A stretch of DNA of 64,000 nt from Octopus vulgaris (lineage: Eukaryota), in the NCBI GenBank assembly GCA_951406725.2, contig OX597840.1, positions 34,534,001 through 34,598,000 of the forward strand. The letters are read 5' to 3'. The notes below the pieces were generated by a model, which was given only the letters and a program-made list of their open reading frames with translations, was not told the DNA's origin and did not search any database. Made by a program: the position numbers and the translations under genes. Each line of letters starts with the position of its first letter. The first letter of the stretch is position 1. Shown here one piece after another: positions 25,605 through 38,959 of the stretch.

Positions 25605-25910
25605 GGATCTTTTCACTTTGACCGGCAGATTGTCATAAATAACAGTGACAAACTAAAAGAGACCGCAGGAAGTTGTTATTGACAAACTACAGCAGTAATT
25701 GTATTCACCTCAATAGACGTCATTGATTGGTTGAAATTGCCGAAATGCAAGAAATTTAACAAAAATATCTTATAAACTACAGAATTTTCTCAAGAAAGCC
25801 AAGAAAAAAAGATGTTTTATGTAACACATTCTCCCAGTATACGAAGTTTAAAAGTGTTTAGTTACAAAAAAATTATTTTAAAAAATCTGCCGGTCAAAGT
25901 GAAAAGATCC
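25605..25910. mobile_element. Related GGATCTTTTC-TIR MITE with 8-bp TSD
   Basis: TIR GGATCTTTTCACTTTGACCGGCAGATT / AATCTGCCGGTCAAAGTGAAAAGATCC, flanked on both sides by gtatgttt. The right half is homologous to 7220-7424. Confidence 0.9.
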
Positions 25911-26334
25911 GTATGTTTTTATATACATGCATATATATATATCTCTATTATTATGATTGTGTTCCTAGGAATTCCAAGTTTCACCCAATTGTTTTTTATC
26001 CAATAATTCGTTGTATAAGCCATCAAAATGAAACCCATTCCAGTCAGTATGTACTTTAGGATGAATTTAACTCTATGCACAGTACCAAAGTCACTTTATC
26101 AGTTAACTGCATGCATTTATTTTTCTCTGTATATCTAATTACAAGTGCACGTGTATGTAGTGTGTTAATGTGGGTGGTAACTTCTGAACGCCTGCTGTAC
26201 GAAGTGCTTATTGTGGCTACAGCTGAACACAAATGCAGACCACTAGCAGAACGGAAATGCTACATCCATTGCTGGTTGAAGAGAACAATCAATGGCATCG
26301 ATTCACGTTGCAATGAACATGAATTTGTGTATTA

Positions 26335-26638
26335 GGCATGACTGTAAAGTAAGAAGAAGCTTACCTCCCGACCACATGGTTGCGGGTTCAGTTCCGCTGT
26401 GTGACACCTTGGGTAAGTGTCTTCTGCTATTGCCTTGGATCGACCAAAGCCTTGTGAGTGGATTTGGTAGACGGAAACTGAAAGAAGCACATCGTATATA
26501 TTATATATATTTATATATATAAACACACACTGATAGAATAAGTACTAGGCTTACAAAGAATAAGTTCTGGGGTTGATTTGTTCAACTAAAGGCAGTGCTC
26601 CAGTATGGCCGCAGTCAGATGACTAACTAGTAAAAGAA
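26335..26638 (+). mobile_element. SINE family 1 copy (internal deletion)
   Basis: Shares ccttgggtaagtgtcttctg...gccttgtgagtggatttggtagacggaaactgaaagaagc and the tail. Confidence 0.8.
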
Positions 26639-27459
26639 TATGTACATTTCTATATGATTATTATTAAAATAGTGATGAAAATGTTCATTGTAGTACTGGT
26701 TCCACTTGTTGAACTTATGACCATACTGTGGTGCCACCTATCATGCCGACTCTAGTACTTTATCTGGTGCTTGTCAACTTTGGAAGGAAAAAAGGGTGAA
26801 GGTTACCTGGACAGAATTTGAACTCAGACCATAACGAGACATAACTAAAGACCACTAATTACTCTGTGTTGAACATTACTAATTCTGCCTATTCATTACT
26901 GGTTTTACATTTGCATATATAACTGGAACAATCTATATACTTGTATGGAAATATATTATCTGCATTTTATCTTCTGTCTTTAACCAGTGGCCTTGTTCTT
27001 TGGCGTCTCCGTGTCTCAAAGGACAATAGGGTTTTGCAGTACTAACCAGTAAAAAAAAAGCCTCTCTAGGACACAAGCTTGGGTTCAGTGCTTGGAGGTT
27101 CTAGGTTCCCAGATATCAGAATCCTCTCTCATTCAGTCATTGTTTGACTGTGGTCGAGACAATGGAATTTACTATGTTACGCCAGACTTCACGGTCCATC
27201 ATAGCATTGCAGAGGTCCATATTGCTGGATGCCTGTATCCCTGGAGATTACATCAGGGTAGGAGAGTGTGTGCCCTCTGGTATTGTGAGCAGATGGCTTC
27301 CAGAGGAGAAGAGTAGAAATTACCTCGTTTTCAGCTCTACAACAATGTCCAGCAAACTGCACTCTTCTACTACCTTTCACAAGAGATGATACAGGTGGTA
27401 ATTTCCCATATATTTGTACTGTGGTTGGATGACGCTTCCACGAGAGATTTTGAGCAGGT

Positions 27460-27617
27460 GTGGGTGGTGTATGGTGATAAGAAGTTGGCTTTCCAACCTC
27501 ATGGTTGCAGGTTCAGTTCCACTGTGCGACACCTTCAGCAAGTGTCTTCTGCTAAAGCTTTGGGCTGACCAAAGCCATGTGTGTTGATTTGGTAGATAGC
27601 AACTGAAAGAATCGCAT

Positions 27618-27712
<95 letters not shown>

Positions 27713-27907
27713 TGTTTGACTCCCACCACTACTTGACAACAGGTGTTGGTTTGTATACATCCCTGTAACTTAGCAATATGGCATAAGATATTGATAGAAT
27801 AAATACCAGGTTAAAAAAAATAAGTACTGGGATTTATTTGTTTGATTAAAATCCCTCGAGGTGGTGCCCCAGCATGGCCACAGCCCAGTGATTGAAATAC
27901 GTAAAAG
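27460..27907 (+). mobile_element. SINE family 1 copy (diverged)
   Basis: Recognisable head, microsatellite and ccagcatggccacag tail. Confidence 0.75.
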
Positions 27908-28259
27908 ATTACTATAAGTGGCCACAATCAGCAATAGAATTATCCTGACTTGGATACTTCGGATAAGAGGAGTGGGATGAAGATAAGCATGTGTGATAAT
28001 CATCGCTTTTGAACTAGTATGGTAGGAAAAGTAAATATGAAGATTCTCATCAAAAGTAAATAAAAATAGAAAGATTATTACTTTTACATTTTCATTAGAT
28101 GTAATATTCTTGTGTGAGACAGGTTGTAAAGTTAATTTAATTTCTTAATTAGGTACAAGGTCAATGTTTTGTAGAGAAAAAATACAAGTAGTTAAAACTT
28201 CACTGTATATTTATCATCATCTTTATCTCCACTGCTTCTAACGATTGCTGCCACTGCTG

Positions 28260-28627
28260 TTGAGCAAACGGTCTTCATCCCAGAGCTTGCAAGATGGGAT
28301 AAGTTCGAAATGTGGTCCTTTGCTATTAGCAAGACCCGCAGAAGAGAAAGCAGGTCAACCCCCGACACCGAGAGCATCGACGGATAGATGAATGCGCATC
28401 CAGGCTCAGCGGTTGCGTAGGAAGTCAGGGACAAGAAACAGGAAGAAAGAGCGAGAGAAAATTAGGGCGAAATTATACAACAGGGGTTGCCACCACCCCC
28501 TGCCGGAGCCTTGTGGAGCTTTAAGTGTTTTTGCTCAATAAACACACAACGCCCGGTCTGGGAATCGAAATCGCGATCCTCTGACCACGAGTCTGCTGCC
28601 CTAACCATTGGGCCATTGCGCCTCCAC
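28260..28627 (-). mobile_element. SINE family 3 (tail type c)
   Basis: Same head and body, a third distinct 3' part, and flanks tgctgcc(a/g)ctgct. Confidence 0.8.
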
Positions 28628-28845
28628 TGCTGCCGCTGCTCCCACTGCCACCCCTCCACCACCATTGCCACCTCTCCTCTTCCAGCCCTCTCCCTTGCTA
28701 ACAGGATATGGTCTGAATCAGACCACTTTGTTATATTACCAGCCCTTATTTTATCAAGTTCATGGTGATTGAACATCAAAGTTAGTTTCAGCATGATTTG
28801 ATTACTACACTTATATGCAGGAACAAAACGTGATACCCTGAAATA

Positions 28846-29075
28846 TTTAACCTTTTAGCTTTCAGATTTCTTGGTCAAACGTAATGCTTATTTATTCACA
28901 TTGTTTTGAATTAAGCACACATTATCTTGTAGTTTTGAGATTTCAATGGTGTGTTTGTATATTTCTAGAATGACATTGTAGGGTAGGTGTGAGGAGTTGG
29001 ATCTGGTCAGTTTTATCATAAAACAGGTAGTATATTTTGGGCAGGATATGGTCGGATTAAATGCTAAATGGTTAA
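28846..29075. mobile_element. Older piggyBac-like MITE
   Basis: TTAA|CCTTTTAGCTTT ... AATGCTAAATGG|TTAA with imperfect TIRs. Confidence 0.55.
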
Positions 29076-29876
29076 TCTTATTTCAAAATCTTTACAAAAT
29101 ATACAGATATCTAGGCATCTGATTTATTACATTTCTATAAGATAATTATGTGTCTAATAATAATTACTTACAATTATTTAGTTTTGTGACAAAGAAATTA
29201 TCAACAGCTGCTTAGTGCAATCCTGTAAATCCCAACTTTTCTGTAAAAATGTCCTTTGTGCATGTTAGAAAGACATTTCAAAATTGGTGGTTTTTAAGAC
29301 TCGGCAAGCACAAGTGTGACCATAACCTTGTGGCCTATGCTAGGGATGTAACCAGTCCACTTGTGTGTGCCTTTTCTTCATTGGACACTAAACTCTGCTT
29401 GCGAAGACCAGTTGAGGCAAGTGAAATCGAAGTTGAAATCAAATTTGGTGACTGCCATCCGTTGCTAGTGGAGCGCTAAGAGTACCATACGAGTGAGATT
29501 GTTGCCAGAGCAACAAGCTGGCCTTCGTGCCGATGGCATGTTAAGCACACCATTCAAGCGTGATCGTTACCGCGTCGCCTTACTAGCACTTGTGCTGGTG
29601 CCATATGAAATATTCAGGCGAGGTTGTCGCCAGTGCCGCTGGACTGGCTCCTGTGCAGGTGGCACGTAAAAAGCACCATTTGAGCGTGGCCGTTGCCAGC
29701 ACCACCAAACTGGCCCTCGTGCCGGTGGCACATAAAAGGACCCACTGCACTCTCGGAGTGGTTTGTGTTAGGAAGGGCATCCAGCTGTAGAAACTCTGCC
29801 AGATCAGATTGGAGTCTGGTTCGCCAGACCTCAGTCAAATTGTCCAACCCATGCTAGCATGGAAAGTGGACGTTAA

Positions 29877-29877
<1 letters not shown>

Positions 29878-29913
<36 letters not shown>

Positions 29914-29914
29914 C

Positions 29915-29965
<51 letters not shown>
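29878..29965. repeat. (GAT)n expansion of a retroposon tail
   Basis: Seen directly after ...gacgttaaa. Confidence 0.95.
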
Positions 29966-29966
<1 letters not shown>

Positions 29967-30664
29967 ACCAAATCTATTCCTGAATTGGTTGGTTGTCTTC
30001 ATCTTGTTACTCTCCTCCCTTTGGTAATTGCTTCCACCATTTGCTGATGCATTTGTTCTTCACCTGTTGCAACAATTCTTAAAAGTAATTTGTGTGCATA
30101 GCTAACTGTTGATGACTGACTGAATTCCAAGATAGTTTAGTAGTTCATTTTTTTCTTTCTATTTTCCTTCAAGTTTTGTCTATGACAGGCATGGCATAGA
30201 TGCAGATGGGGATGCGTGGTTAAAGAAGCTTGCTTGCCAATTGTGTAGTCCTGAGTTCAGTCTCACTGCACAAGAGTTTGAGCAAATGTCTTGTAAGCGG
30301 ACTTGGTAAGAAGGACGCCTGAAAGAAGCCTGTTGTGTACCCTTGCTTAGATATCATGTGATGGTTGTAAATGTACACCCTCTTCTTACAAGCGAGGTTA
30401 TTTGTTTCCACTCTTTTGCGAAAAGCATGTCTAGCCATGGGGAAATATCTTGCTTGGAATCAGGTGATGGTTGGCAGCAGGAAGGGCAACAGACCATAGA
30501 AAACCTGCCCCAACAAATTCTGTTTGATCCATTCAAGTATGGAAAAGTGGACATTAAATTATGATGAATATGATGGCAATGACTAGAGCAGTGGTGGTCA
30601 CAATATTTTCTTCTTAACCCTCTTTCATGTTTCAAAGATATGGTTTCTTATTTTATAAAAATAA

Positions 30665-31060
30665 CTAGCAGTATCGCCCGGCATTGCTCGGGTTTGTTTC
30701 GACCCTTTAGAATTGGAATTTTTTAAAAGTAAAAATTTTGTATTATGTAGCTTGTTATTCTCTTTAAGTGAACATTTTTCTGGCTGAAATACACCGAAAA
30801 ATGGCGACACAGCAGTCAAAAAATCATAAAAAATAGGGATTTTCATAGAAGAAAAAGTACCTTTTTGATGTGAATAATTCTTGGTGTTAACATGGTCCGA
30901 TTTGAATTTTATCTTCTACGGAAGGAAGAGCAAGCCTTCTATCATACTCTCAATTTTGGTCAACTTGCGCTGCAGGGTCTCGAATGAGATAGTGTTAGTT
31001 GAAGGCTACCAAACCTGTCATACACAGCCAACTTCAGCTGTATATATATATAGAGAGAGA
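30665..31060 (-). mobile_element. Helitron family A copy
   Basis: Reverse complement of 36824-37216. The minus strand starts A|TCTCTCTCTATATA and ends cccgagcaatgccgggcgatactgCTAG|T. Confidence 0.8.
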
Positions 31061-32613
31061 TTAGGATTGCTTGAGCCTAAATATAAACATTTACATTTTT
31101 ACCACATGCAAGAATTTCTGTCACTGCTTTTATTTACTTCGTTCAAATCAAATTTCATTCAATATTTCTTCATTATCTTTATAGTTCATAGTCCTTAAAA
31201 ATCTCACAGCTATCACCAAAAAGCTTCTACATAGCTCCAATTAATAATGGTTTGGCAATTTACAAAAAAAAACAAAACAAAATAGGAATGGACATAACTT
31301 AGTGGAGAAATCAATGAGATGTCACTGATTAACAAATATCAAAAAAAGTAATTAATGAGAAATAAGTAACATTTTCCATATATCAGCCTCTATATTAAGT
31401 TTCTGTGAGGTTTTGGAGAGTTTAAGACCGGTAGAATGAAAAATTGTAATGTCTTAAAGTCTTTACTGATAATATTATTGACAAATGAACAACTGGCTGA
31501 TGTTGGGAATCCGAAGTGGGTCAGGAGGTCCTTGGTTCCCTGGTGATTTATGGCTGTTTGTATAATGCCTCATAAAGAAGAAATGAGATGGTGTGTTTGT
31601 GTGGCTTGCGGAATCAGTTCACTGGGTGACCTTTTCATATAACTGTATCATGGCAACGCAATGGTCTTAATAGGTAAATCAAACAGGATAAATGTGGTGC
31701 TTTGTTAGGTGTTACTCTTTTTAACTTTTACACATTTACTCAGACGTGTGTGTGCGTGTGAAAGGGGAAAATAACTCATCCTAGAAAAGTTGTTAGAGTC
31801 ATGTGGGCTAACATGCTTAATGTAGTAAGCTCAAAAAGTTTATTTAAAGTGACACCTGGAGCAAAAATTAATTTTAACAACGGGTTTAAGAGAACTAAGG
31901 GAGACAACTTTGAAATATTAACTGTGATATGCAGTTAGGAGTGAGTTTCTGATAATGGACATGGTCTTGATAAAGTGACCTTCTGAGTGAAGCATAGTTT
32001 TGCCTGAGGCCACTAAAATATTTAAATCAAAGATTTCAAGTTAGTGAATATAAAGCATAGCAACTTAAAGAAAATGATGCTGTGTCTATGCGTTTTTTGT
32101 TTTTGATACAATGCATTTAATGATGAAGTCTTTGAACATAGAAATTAGTTACCTATGTGGTATTGACTCCTTTATGAAGGATTTTAATAATCTTACAAAT
32201 TCCCTACATTTATAGCACCATTCAACAACTTTTTCAGTGAACCCCTGACAATTCTCAGTGACATGAAAAATGTAGGAAAAACAATAAGGTTTTAATGTTA
32301 GATTTCTGAAATATGGACATTTCATCTTTTTTCCATTGTACTTATCATGTTCACTGAACGTATGCATGTACACATGTGTATATGTGTGTGTGTGCTCGCA
32401 TGCATGTACCCCATTTTTATATACATCCCCATTTATATGACCCACTTATCTCCCATCATATTTATTGATATGTATATCTGTATAAACATGTATGTATGCA
32501 CACATGATTATCACATTGATCTGTTTGAGTGCTTTAATCTGTTCGACAGGTAATGCAATGTACTTCTATGTATATACCTCTGTATTATATATATATATAT
32601 GTGTGTGTGTGTG

Positions 32614-32648
<35 letters not shown>

Positions 32649-34022
32649 TGCCAGTGCCACTGGACTGGCTCCTATGCAGGTGGCACATAAAAAGCACCAT
32701 TTCGAGCGTGGTCGTTGCCAGTACCACCAAACTGGCCCTCGTGCCGGTGGCACATAAAAGCACCCACTACACTCTCGGAGTGGTTGGTGTTAGGAAGGGC
32801 ATCCAGCTGTAGAAACTCTGCCAGATGAGATTGGAATCTGGTTCGCCAGACTCAGTCAAATCGTCCAACCCATGCTAGCATGGAAAGCAGACGTTAAATG
32901 ATGATGATGATGATGATGATATATATATGTATATATATATAAAATTAGCTGTCTCTTGCAAGCAGGCATAACCTGTAACCTGGTGGCATGTATCGTGCTT
33001 TTTGCTAATTGCATTTAGGTACCTATGTAGTCGCAAACAAACATTGACACTCTCTTGGCCCCTTCTGTCCCTTGATATAGCAGAACATAGAGACTGTGAC
33101 AGCTGGAGGGAGAATGAGCTGCACCACCAGTTGGCTGGTACCCGTTTTCAGCTGAGTGAACTGAGCACACATGCATGCATGCCTGCACATATGCAGGTAC
33201 ACACACACATAGACACACGTGCATGCCTGGGCAGTGCCATTCATTAAACTACATTGTCTGCAACTTCAACAACAGGTTGCAGATAATTGAGGATTCTGAA
33301 AGCTCTGGGTCACTCGTCAAATTGTTTTGCTTACATTTGTCTGAAAATCTTATGTATGCTTTGTTAAATTATTCACAACTGAGGTTATTCATCTAAGAAT
33401 TTAATTTGTGATAATCTGTAGTTTTAGCTTAAATTCCTGTTGTGGTTTTTTTTTTATATAAATTTTCCAGTTTTGTTAGAAACGAGAGATTTCGATGAAA
33501 AGCAGTTTGGTAGAAAAATCATAAAGATATAACTTGCTTGAATTTGCAGAAAATTTGCCAAGACAATGTAATGATAGTTCTACATTATGAATGCTTTTAC
33601 CTGTCATGCCATTTCACCTGCTCAGGGAAGTTGAACAAAAGGAATGTGATTACATGTAGCTGATTTCACCTGTATTTACAAGATATTGATTCATGGGCAC
33701 CGATTTCTTGTATAACAGCTGAATTTCTGTTGCAATACTCTCTAACTTGGAAACTGTACAATTCCCATCGCATTGGTGTAATCAAGTTGGTGTTATTTTG
33801 CCTGGTGCAGCCTTCTGGCTTCCCAGATCCCCGGTCGAACCGTCCAACCCATGCTAGCATGGAGAACGGACGTTAAACGATGATGATGATGATGTACCTT
33901 GTACTTTCATTTTGATGACATTCCTTTAAGAAAAAGTTAAATAAAATAGTCATTGGGAGTTTTATAGGGGCCTACGTCACTAACAAAAACATTGATACAC
34001 TGACCAACTCCACTCTTGCCCA

Positions 34023-34377
34023 TCTATATATATAAAGCTGAAGTTGTCCGTGTGTGGAAAGTTTGGTAGCCTTCAACTAACACTATCTCCTCCAAGACCC
34101 TGCGGCATAAGTTGACCAAAATTGAGAGTATGATAGAAGAAGGCTTGCTCTTCATTCCGTAGAAGAAAAAATTCAAATTGGACCATGTTAACACCAAAAA
34201 CTTTTTACATCAAAATGTTGCTTTTTTTCTATGAAAATCCCTATTTTTTACGATTTTTTGACTGCTGTGTTGCCATTTTTCGGTGTATTTCAACCAGAAA
34301 AAATGTTCACTTAAAGAGAATAACAAGCTACATAATGCAGAATTTTTACTTTTCAAAAATTCCAATTCTAAAGGGTC
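34023..34377 (+). mobile_element. Helitron family A copy, 3'-truncated
   Basis: A|TCTATATATATAAAGCTGAAG start. Homology ends at ...ctaaagggtc before the terminal hairpin. Confidence 0.8.
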
Positions 34378-35092
34378 TTTTGATGAAAGTGTTCAAATAG
34401 CAAATATCCAGTCTTTTAAACATTTATAGAAACATTATCCAATGACTGTACTTAAGACTACATTATCCAATGAGTTCTTCCTTGTTTTTAATTTAAAGAC
34501 ATTAGGGTAGATTAAGGAGGGATTTGGCCAAATAATTGTATATTTGGTCCTCTAAAAGGCTCAGGTTTTGTGATGGTAAGCAGTTGAATGTGAAAGTTTT
34601 ACCTGAATAACAAATTAATACTTAGTTCTAACAGCTAGGTGTTATTAGCTTAAAGTAGGAGTATAACTCCTTTATATCTAAGAAATATATTCCTGGTTTA
34701 ATTAGTTAAAGAATGTTTTTTTTTTAATGAAGAATTGATTCTCATCACATGAAACTCATTTTCTTCTGCTATTAGGATTTGGAAAGTTCTTTTAAAAAAC
34801 ATTTCTGCAAATAAAACCTGAATGCTTTTGCTTGTCATTAACCACTAAAAGTTCATAGGATTGTGCTAGTTATTAATTATGCAAACTGATAGGGAAAATA
34901 GCATTGCATTTTGTCTTGCATATTGCATACCTGATGGCCAGTATACAATGGTGAATGTTACTTTGAAAGATATACTAAAGATTTTCAATAGACAATCTTT
35001 TTATCAAGAGTAAAAGAAGAATATGTCTTTTTTTTTTTCACTAAGAAAAGAATTAACTCTTATTTATTTATTTATTTATTTATTTTTTGTAG

Positions 35093-35209
35093 TCCTCTTC
35101 TGATGTTTCACCATGTCCTACTCCCGTTGGTACTCCGATAAGTACTCAGGCACCAAAATACGGAACTGTGATACCAAACAGGATATTTGTTGGCGGAATT
35201 ACCACAACG
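35093..35209 (+). CDS. boule: boule/BOLL (DAZ family RNA-binding protein) coding exon: N-terminal region and RRM RNP2
   Basis: A T-rich tract ending ...ttttttgtAG (35091-35092) is followed by 117 nt encoding SSSDVSPCPTPVGTPISTQAPKYGTVIPNRIFVGGITTT and then a GTAAGA donor at 35210. (A)PKYGTVIPNRIFVGGI matches the Boule RRM start signature, recognised from knowledge of the family. Phase 0-0. Confidence 0.95.
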
Positions 35210-35310
35210 GTAAGATTTCTTTGTCAACATTCAATTTGGTAATTGTTTAAAGAAAAGGGGAAAATTAGCTCAATTAACTTACATATATTATGTAATATAA
35301 TTATATATAC

Positions 35311-35359
<49 letters not shown>

Positions 35360-35360
<1 letters not shown>

Positions 35361-35575
35361 TAAAAACGGTAAGATAACAAAAGAAAGAAAGAGACCTCAA
35401 TATTATGTAAATAGAGAAATTTATCTGTAAAATAATATGTGACAATTATTCAATAGCCAAGATAAAACTCTGAGTTCCGGATGCCGAGGTGGAAATCCAC
35501 AACACCATCTCTTCCGAAACTCTTCCGAGTTTTATCTTGGCTATTGAATAATTGTCACATATTATTTTACAGATA
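35360..35575. repeat. Perfect 49-bp inverted repeat (35422-35470 / 35527-35575), probably a Penelope-like inverted fragment
   Basis: tatctgtaaaataatatgtgacaattattcaatagccaagataaaactc and its exact reverse complement, with a 56-bp spacer, embedded in (TA)n. Confidence 0.85.
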
Positions 35576-35590
35576 TATATATATATATAT

Positions 35591-35900
35591 ATGAGGTCAG
35601 ATCAATAAGTATCCGGACTGTTGCTATAATAACAAAGCTAAAGCACGCAGAGGAAAGCTGCTTGGTAAAATTTGACCTTGAACTCTGCTGTGTATGCGCA
35701 CTAAGTTTTAACATTCTAGCTCACTTCTGCTGCTTACAGCAGTGCTTGGCAGGAACGTGTGTAGCGTGTGATCATTGCATTGACCTTGACAGAGAAAGTT
35801 ATCATGGTGGTACCTGCTCAGAGGCCTACACAAAGTTGCAGAAAGTGTTTGGAGAGGAGTGTATGAGTGGTTCAGACAGTTCTTCAAAGATGGCTGCAAA
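35591..35900 (+). mobile_element. mariner fragment (left TIR plus HTH remnant)
   Basis: TA|TGAGGTCAGATCAATAAGTATCCGGACT terminus. Encodes TCSEAYTKLQKVFGEECMS, similar to the mariner N-terminal HTH. Confidence 0.7.
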
Positions 35901-36009
35901 GAATGTATATAATATGTATTACATAAATATTCTATACATTATTTATAAATATTATATAGTCTATATATATATTTATGTGTATGTGTGTGTGTGAGAGTGA
36001 GTGAGTGAA

Positions 36010-36345
36010 GGCACATGGCTCAGTGGTTAGAGCATTGGGCTTACAATCATGAGGTTGTGAGTTGGATTCTTGGACCAGGCTGTTGTGTTCTTGAGCAAGA
36101 CACTTTATTTCACGCTGCTCCAGTTCACTCAGCTGTAGAAATGAGTTACGACGTCACAGGTGCCAAGCTGTAATGGTCCCTTTGCCTTTCCCTTGGATAA
36201 CATTGGTAGCATGAAGAAGGGAGACTGGTATGTATGGGCGACTGCTGGTCTTCCATAAACAGTCTTGCCCAGACTTATTCCCAGGAAGGGAAGTTTCTAG
36301 CTGCAGTCTCATGGTCTTTCATGACCAAAAGGGGTCTTAACCCTT
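36010..36345 (+). mobile_element. tRNA-derived SINE, family 4 (Meta/V-SINE-like central domain); second copy at ~10530-10820
   Basis: GGCACATGGCTCAGTGGTTAGAGC head, then TGTGTTCTTGAGCAAGACACTTTATTTCAC...CTCCAGTTCACTCAGCTGTAGAAATGAGT, shared with 10605-10670. Confidence 0.75.
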
Positions 36346-36823
36346 ATATATCGCACCTGTTTCTGTTATCATTCCTGATTTTTCTTTCTCTAGCTGGGTA
36401 ACCTTGTACTTCCTCTGCAGCAAGACACCTGTTTCTGTCTCTGTCTCACTTTAACCTTTCATCATCCAACACAGGATCGCCTCCTCCAATGCCCTCTCCC
36501 TTTTTGAAAGTTTTTTTTCCTTTGTCTTGTCATCCAAGTACTGTCAGTACAGGTGCCACTTAAAAGCACCCAGTCCACACTGTAAAGTGTTTGGTGTTCA
36601 GAAGGGCATCCAACTGTAAAGGCTTTGCCAAAACAAACCTCACCTGTGCTTGTGTCATGTAAAAAGCATTAAGTCCTCTCTGCTGAGTGGTTGGAGTTAG
36701 GAAGGGCATTCAGCTGTAAAAATCCTGCCAAAACAGTCACAGAAGTCTGGTGCAAGCTTCTGCCTGGCCGGCTCCTGTGAAACCGTCCCACCCATGCTAG
36801 CTTGAAAGCAGGACGTTAAACAA

Positions 36824-37215
36824 TATATATATATATAAAGCTGAAGTTGTCTGTGTATGGCAGGTTTGGTAGCCTTCAACTAACACTATCTCCTCCAAGA
36901 CCCTGTGGTGCAAGTTGACCAAAATTGAGAGTATGATAGAAGAAGGCTTGCTCTTCATACCGTAGAAGATAAAATTCAAATTGGACCACGTTAACATCAA
37001 AAATTATTTACATCAAAAAGGTGCTTTTTTTTCTATGAAAATCCCTATTTTTTACGATTTTTTGACTGCTGTGTCGCCATTTTTTGGTGTATTTCAACCA
37101 GAAAAATGTTCACTTAAAGAGAATAACAAGCTACATGATGCAAAATTTTTACTTTTCAAAAATTCCAATTCTAAAGGGTCGAAACAAACCTGAGCAACGT
37201 CGGGTGATACTGCTA

Positions 37216-37216
<1 letters not shown>
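36824..37216 (+). mobile_element. Non-autonomous Helitron, family A
   Basis: 5' (TC)TATATATATAAAGCTGAAGTTG; 3' GC-rich hairpin (acctgagcaacgtcgggt) followed by CTAG|T. Confidence 0.8.
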
Positions 37217-37269
<53 letters not shown>

Positions 37270-38068
37270 AAAAAATAGACCTATTGAAAATCCTAAGGAA
37301 TGATAAAAATTGTCTCTGAAGTAGGTATCCAGGAGTAAACTTTTTGTGACCATATGTTTTAAATAATAATGATTTTTTGGTATTCAGTAAAATAAATTTG
37401 TTTGTTAGTAAGCTGATTTTTGAACATAATGAAAATATTTGATAAATTTCTGATGGAATATTTTAATTTGGATTTGAACACTTTCAAAGAGAGTGGTTAC
37501 ATCATGGAATCAGGGGCTGGTTGGTATCATCAGAATGACTAATGTTTATTTGGTATGATAATTCAGAAACACAACAGATGGGTTATGTGGTGTGAGAAAT
37601 CTCGTGGCATTCAGTAGCCGTAAGGAGTTGGGACGAGAAAATATATATAAACAATATATGCGGAATGAGATACGTTTTCCAAAATAAAGATAACGATGAG
37701 AGAAAATATGACTAAAACAGACATCTTTGCCAACCCCACCCCTTTCCCCCTTTCCTTCCCCGTGATGCTAATATGACAGCGGTAGTGGAAAGCAAAAATA
37801 TATAATCATTTATATTCGGCTGTGGTTACAGCATTAACCATTTCTTGATTTAGTAATGTTTTGATTTGTTGCGTGTTTTTATAGTGCTATGACTAATGTG
37901 AAATATAGGTCTTTTTAAATAGCTCACAAGAGCTATTGAATCCTTTTCTGAAGACATAAGTTTATTCCTGTGTTTCATTCCGGCTGGTGCTTAACATACT
38001 TGCACCTGAAAGAGATACATACACACATACTCACACACATACCTACATATATACATACATACATACAT

Positions 38069-38118
<50 letters not shown>

Positions 38119-38959
38119 CACTCTTGTCGACAGATGATATGGTTCTCATCGTAAGGATCTATAGAAAGAAAAAGCTGCTGGAGATAGTGTAGAAATTAAT
38201 GCCTGGATGAAGACGGGTGTATGTATATGGTAAAGATTAGCGTTAACAATTAGCATCCTTGATAAATTGACAGAAGCAGGAAGGCTACCACGTCTGTGTT
38301 TTAAGGAGTAGGTGGAAAGTTGATATTATGTAAGCAGTGTTACTAATAGCGAGTGAGCCCGCATGAAGTGATATTCTTGGCAAGTTATCAGAGAGCTTAT
38401 TCAGAATGCACAAGCAGCAAGCCTAGTATCATTGTCTAGCCACTTGTGAAAAACCTGAAGAGCTATGGAAGCCTTAAGCAGGCTGGGATGTAGTCAGTTG
38501 TTAGCGATGATGGCATACAGCACACTCTGATTAAAAGTAAACAGACTCTTTAGTTCAAACTGATGATTAATATAAAGGTAGTTTATGCAGCTTGTGTCAT
38601 TGTAGCTAGAAGGAATATTGGATTTTTTTATAGTTACAGAATCTGTTTAGGAATTTCAGATATTTTTTGCAACAAGGCAGAAGGAAATATATATATATTT
38701 ATATATTTATATATTTCTGGTTCATGAGAAGGTTGTAAAAATAAACCTTCCCGTGCTCATTGGTTCATATAACGAACTGATGCTGCTGAATAAAGAATCA
38801 CCTTTGATGTTCAGGTGTGTGGTATATCAACTAAAGATGTATAAGTTTTGAAAAGCTGCTTTTTGGCATGGGAATATTACTTGGAATTTTTTCTTATTTT
38901 ATAAGTTTGAAGAATTTATAAATAGTCTTTTTTGCCTCTAGTCTTGGATGCGTTGAGAC

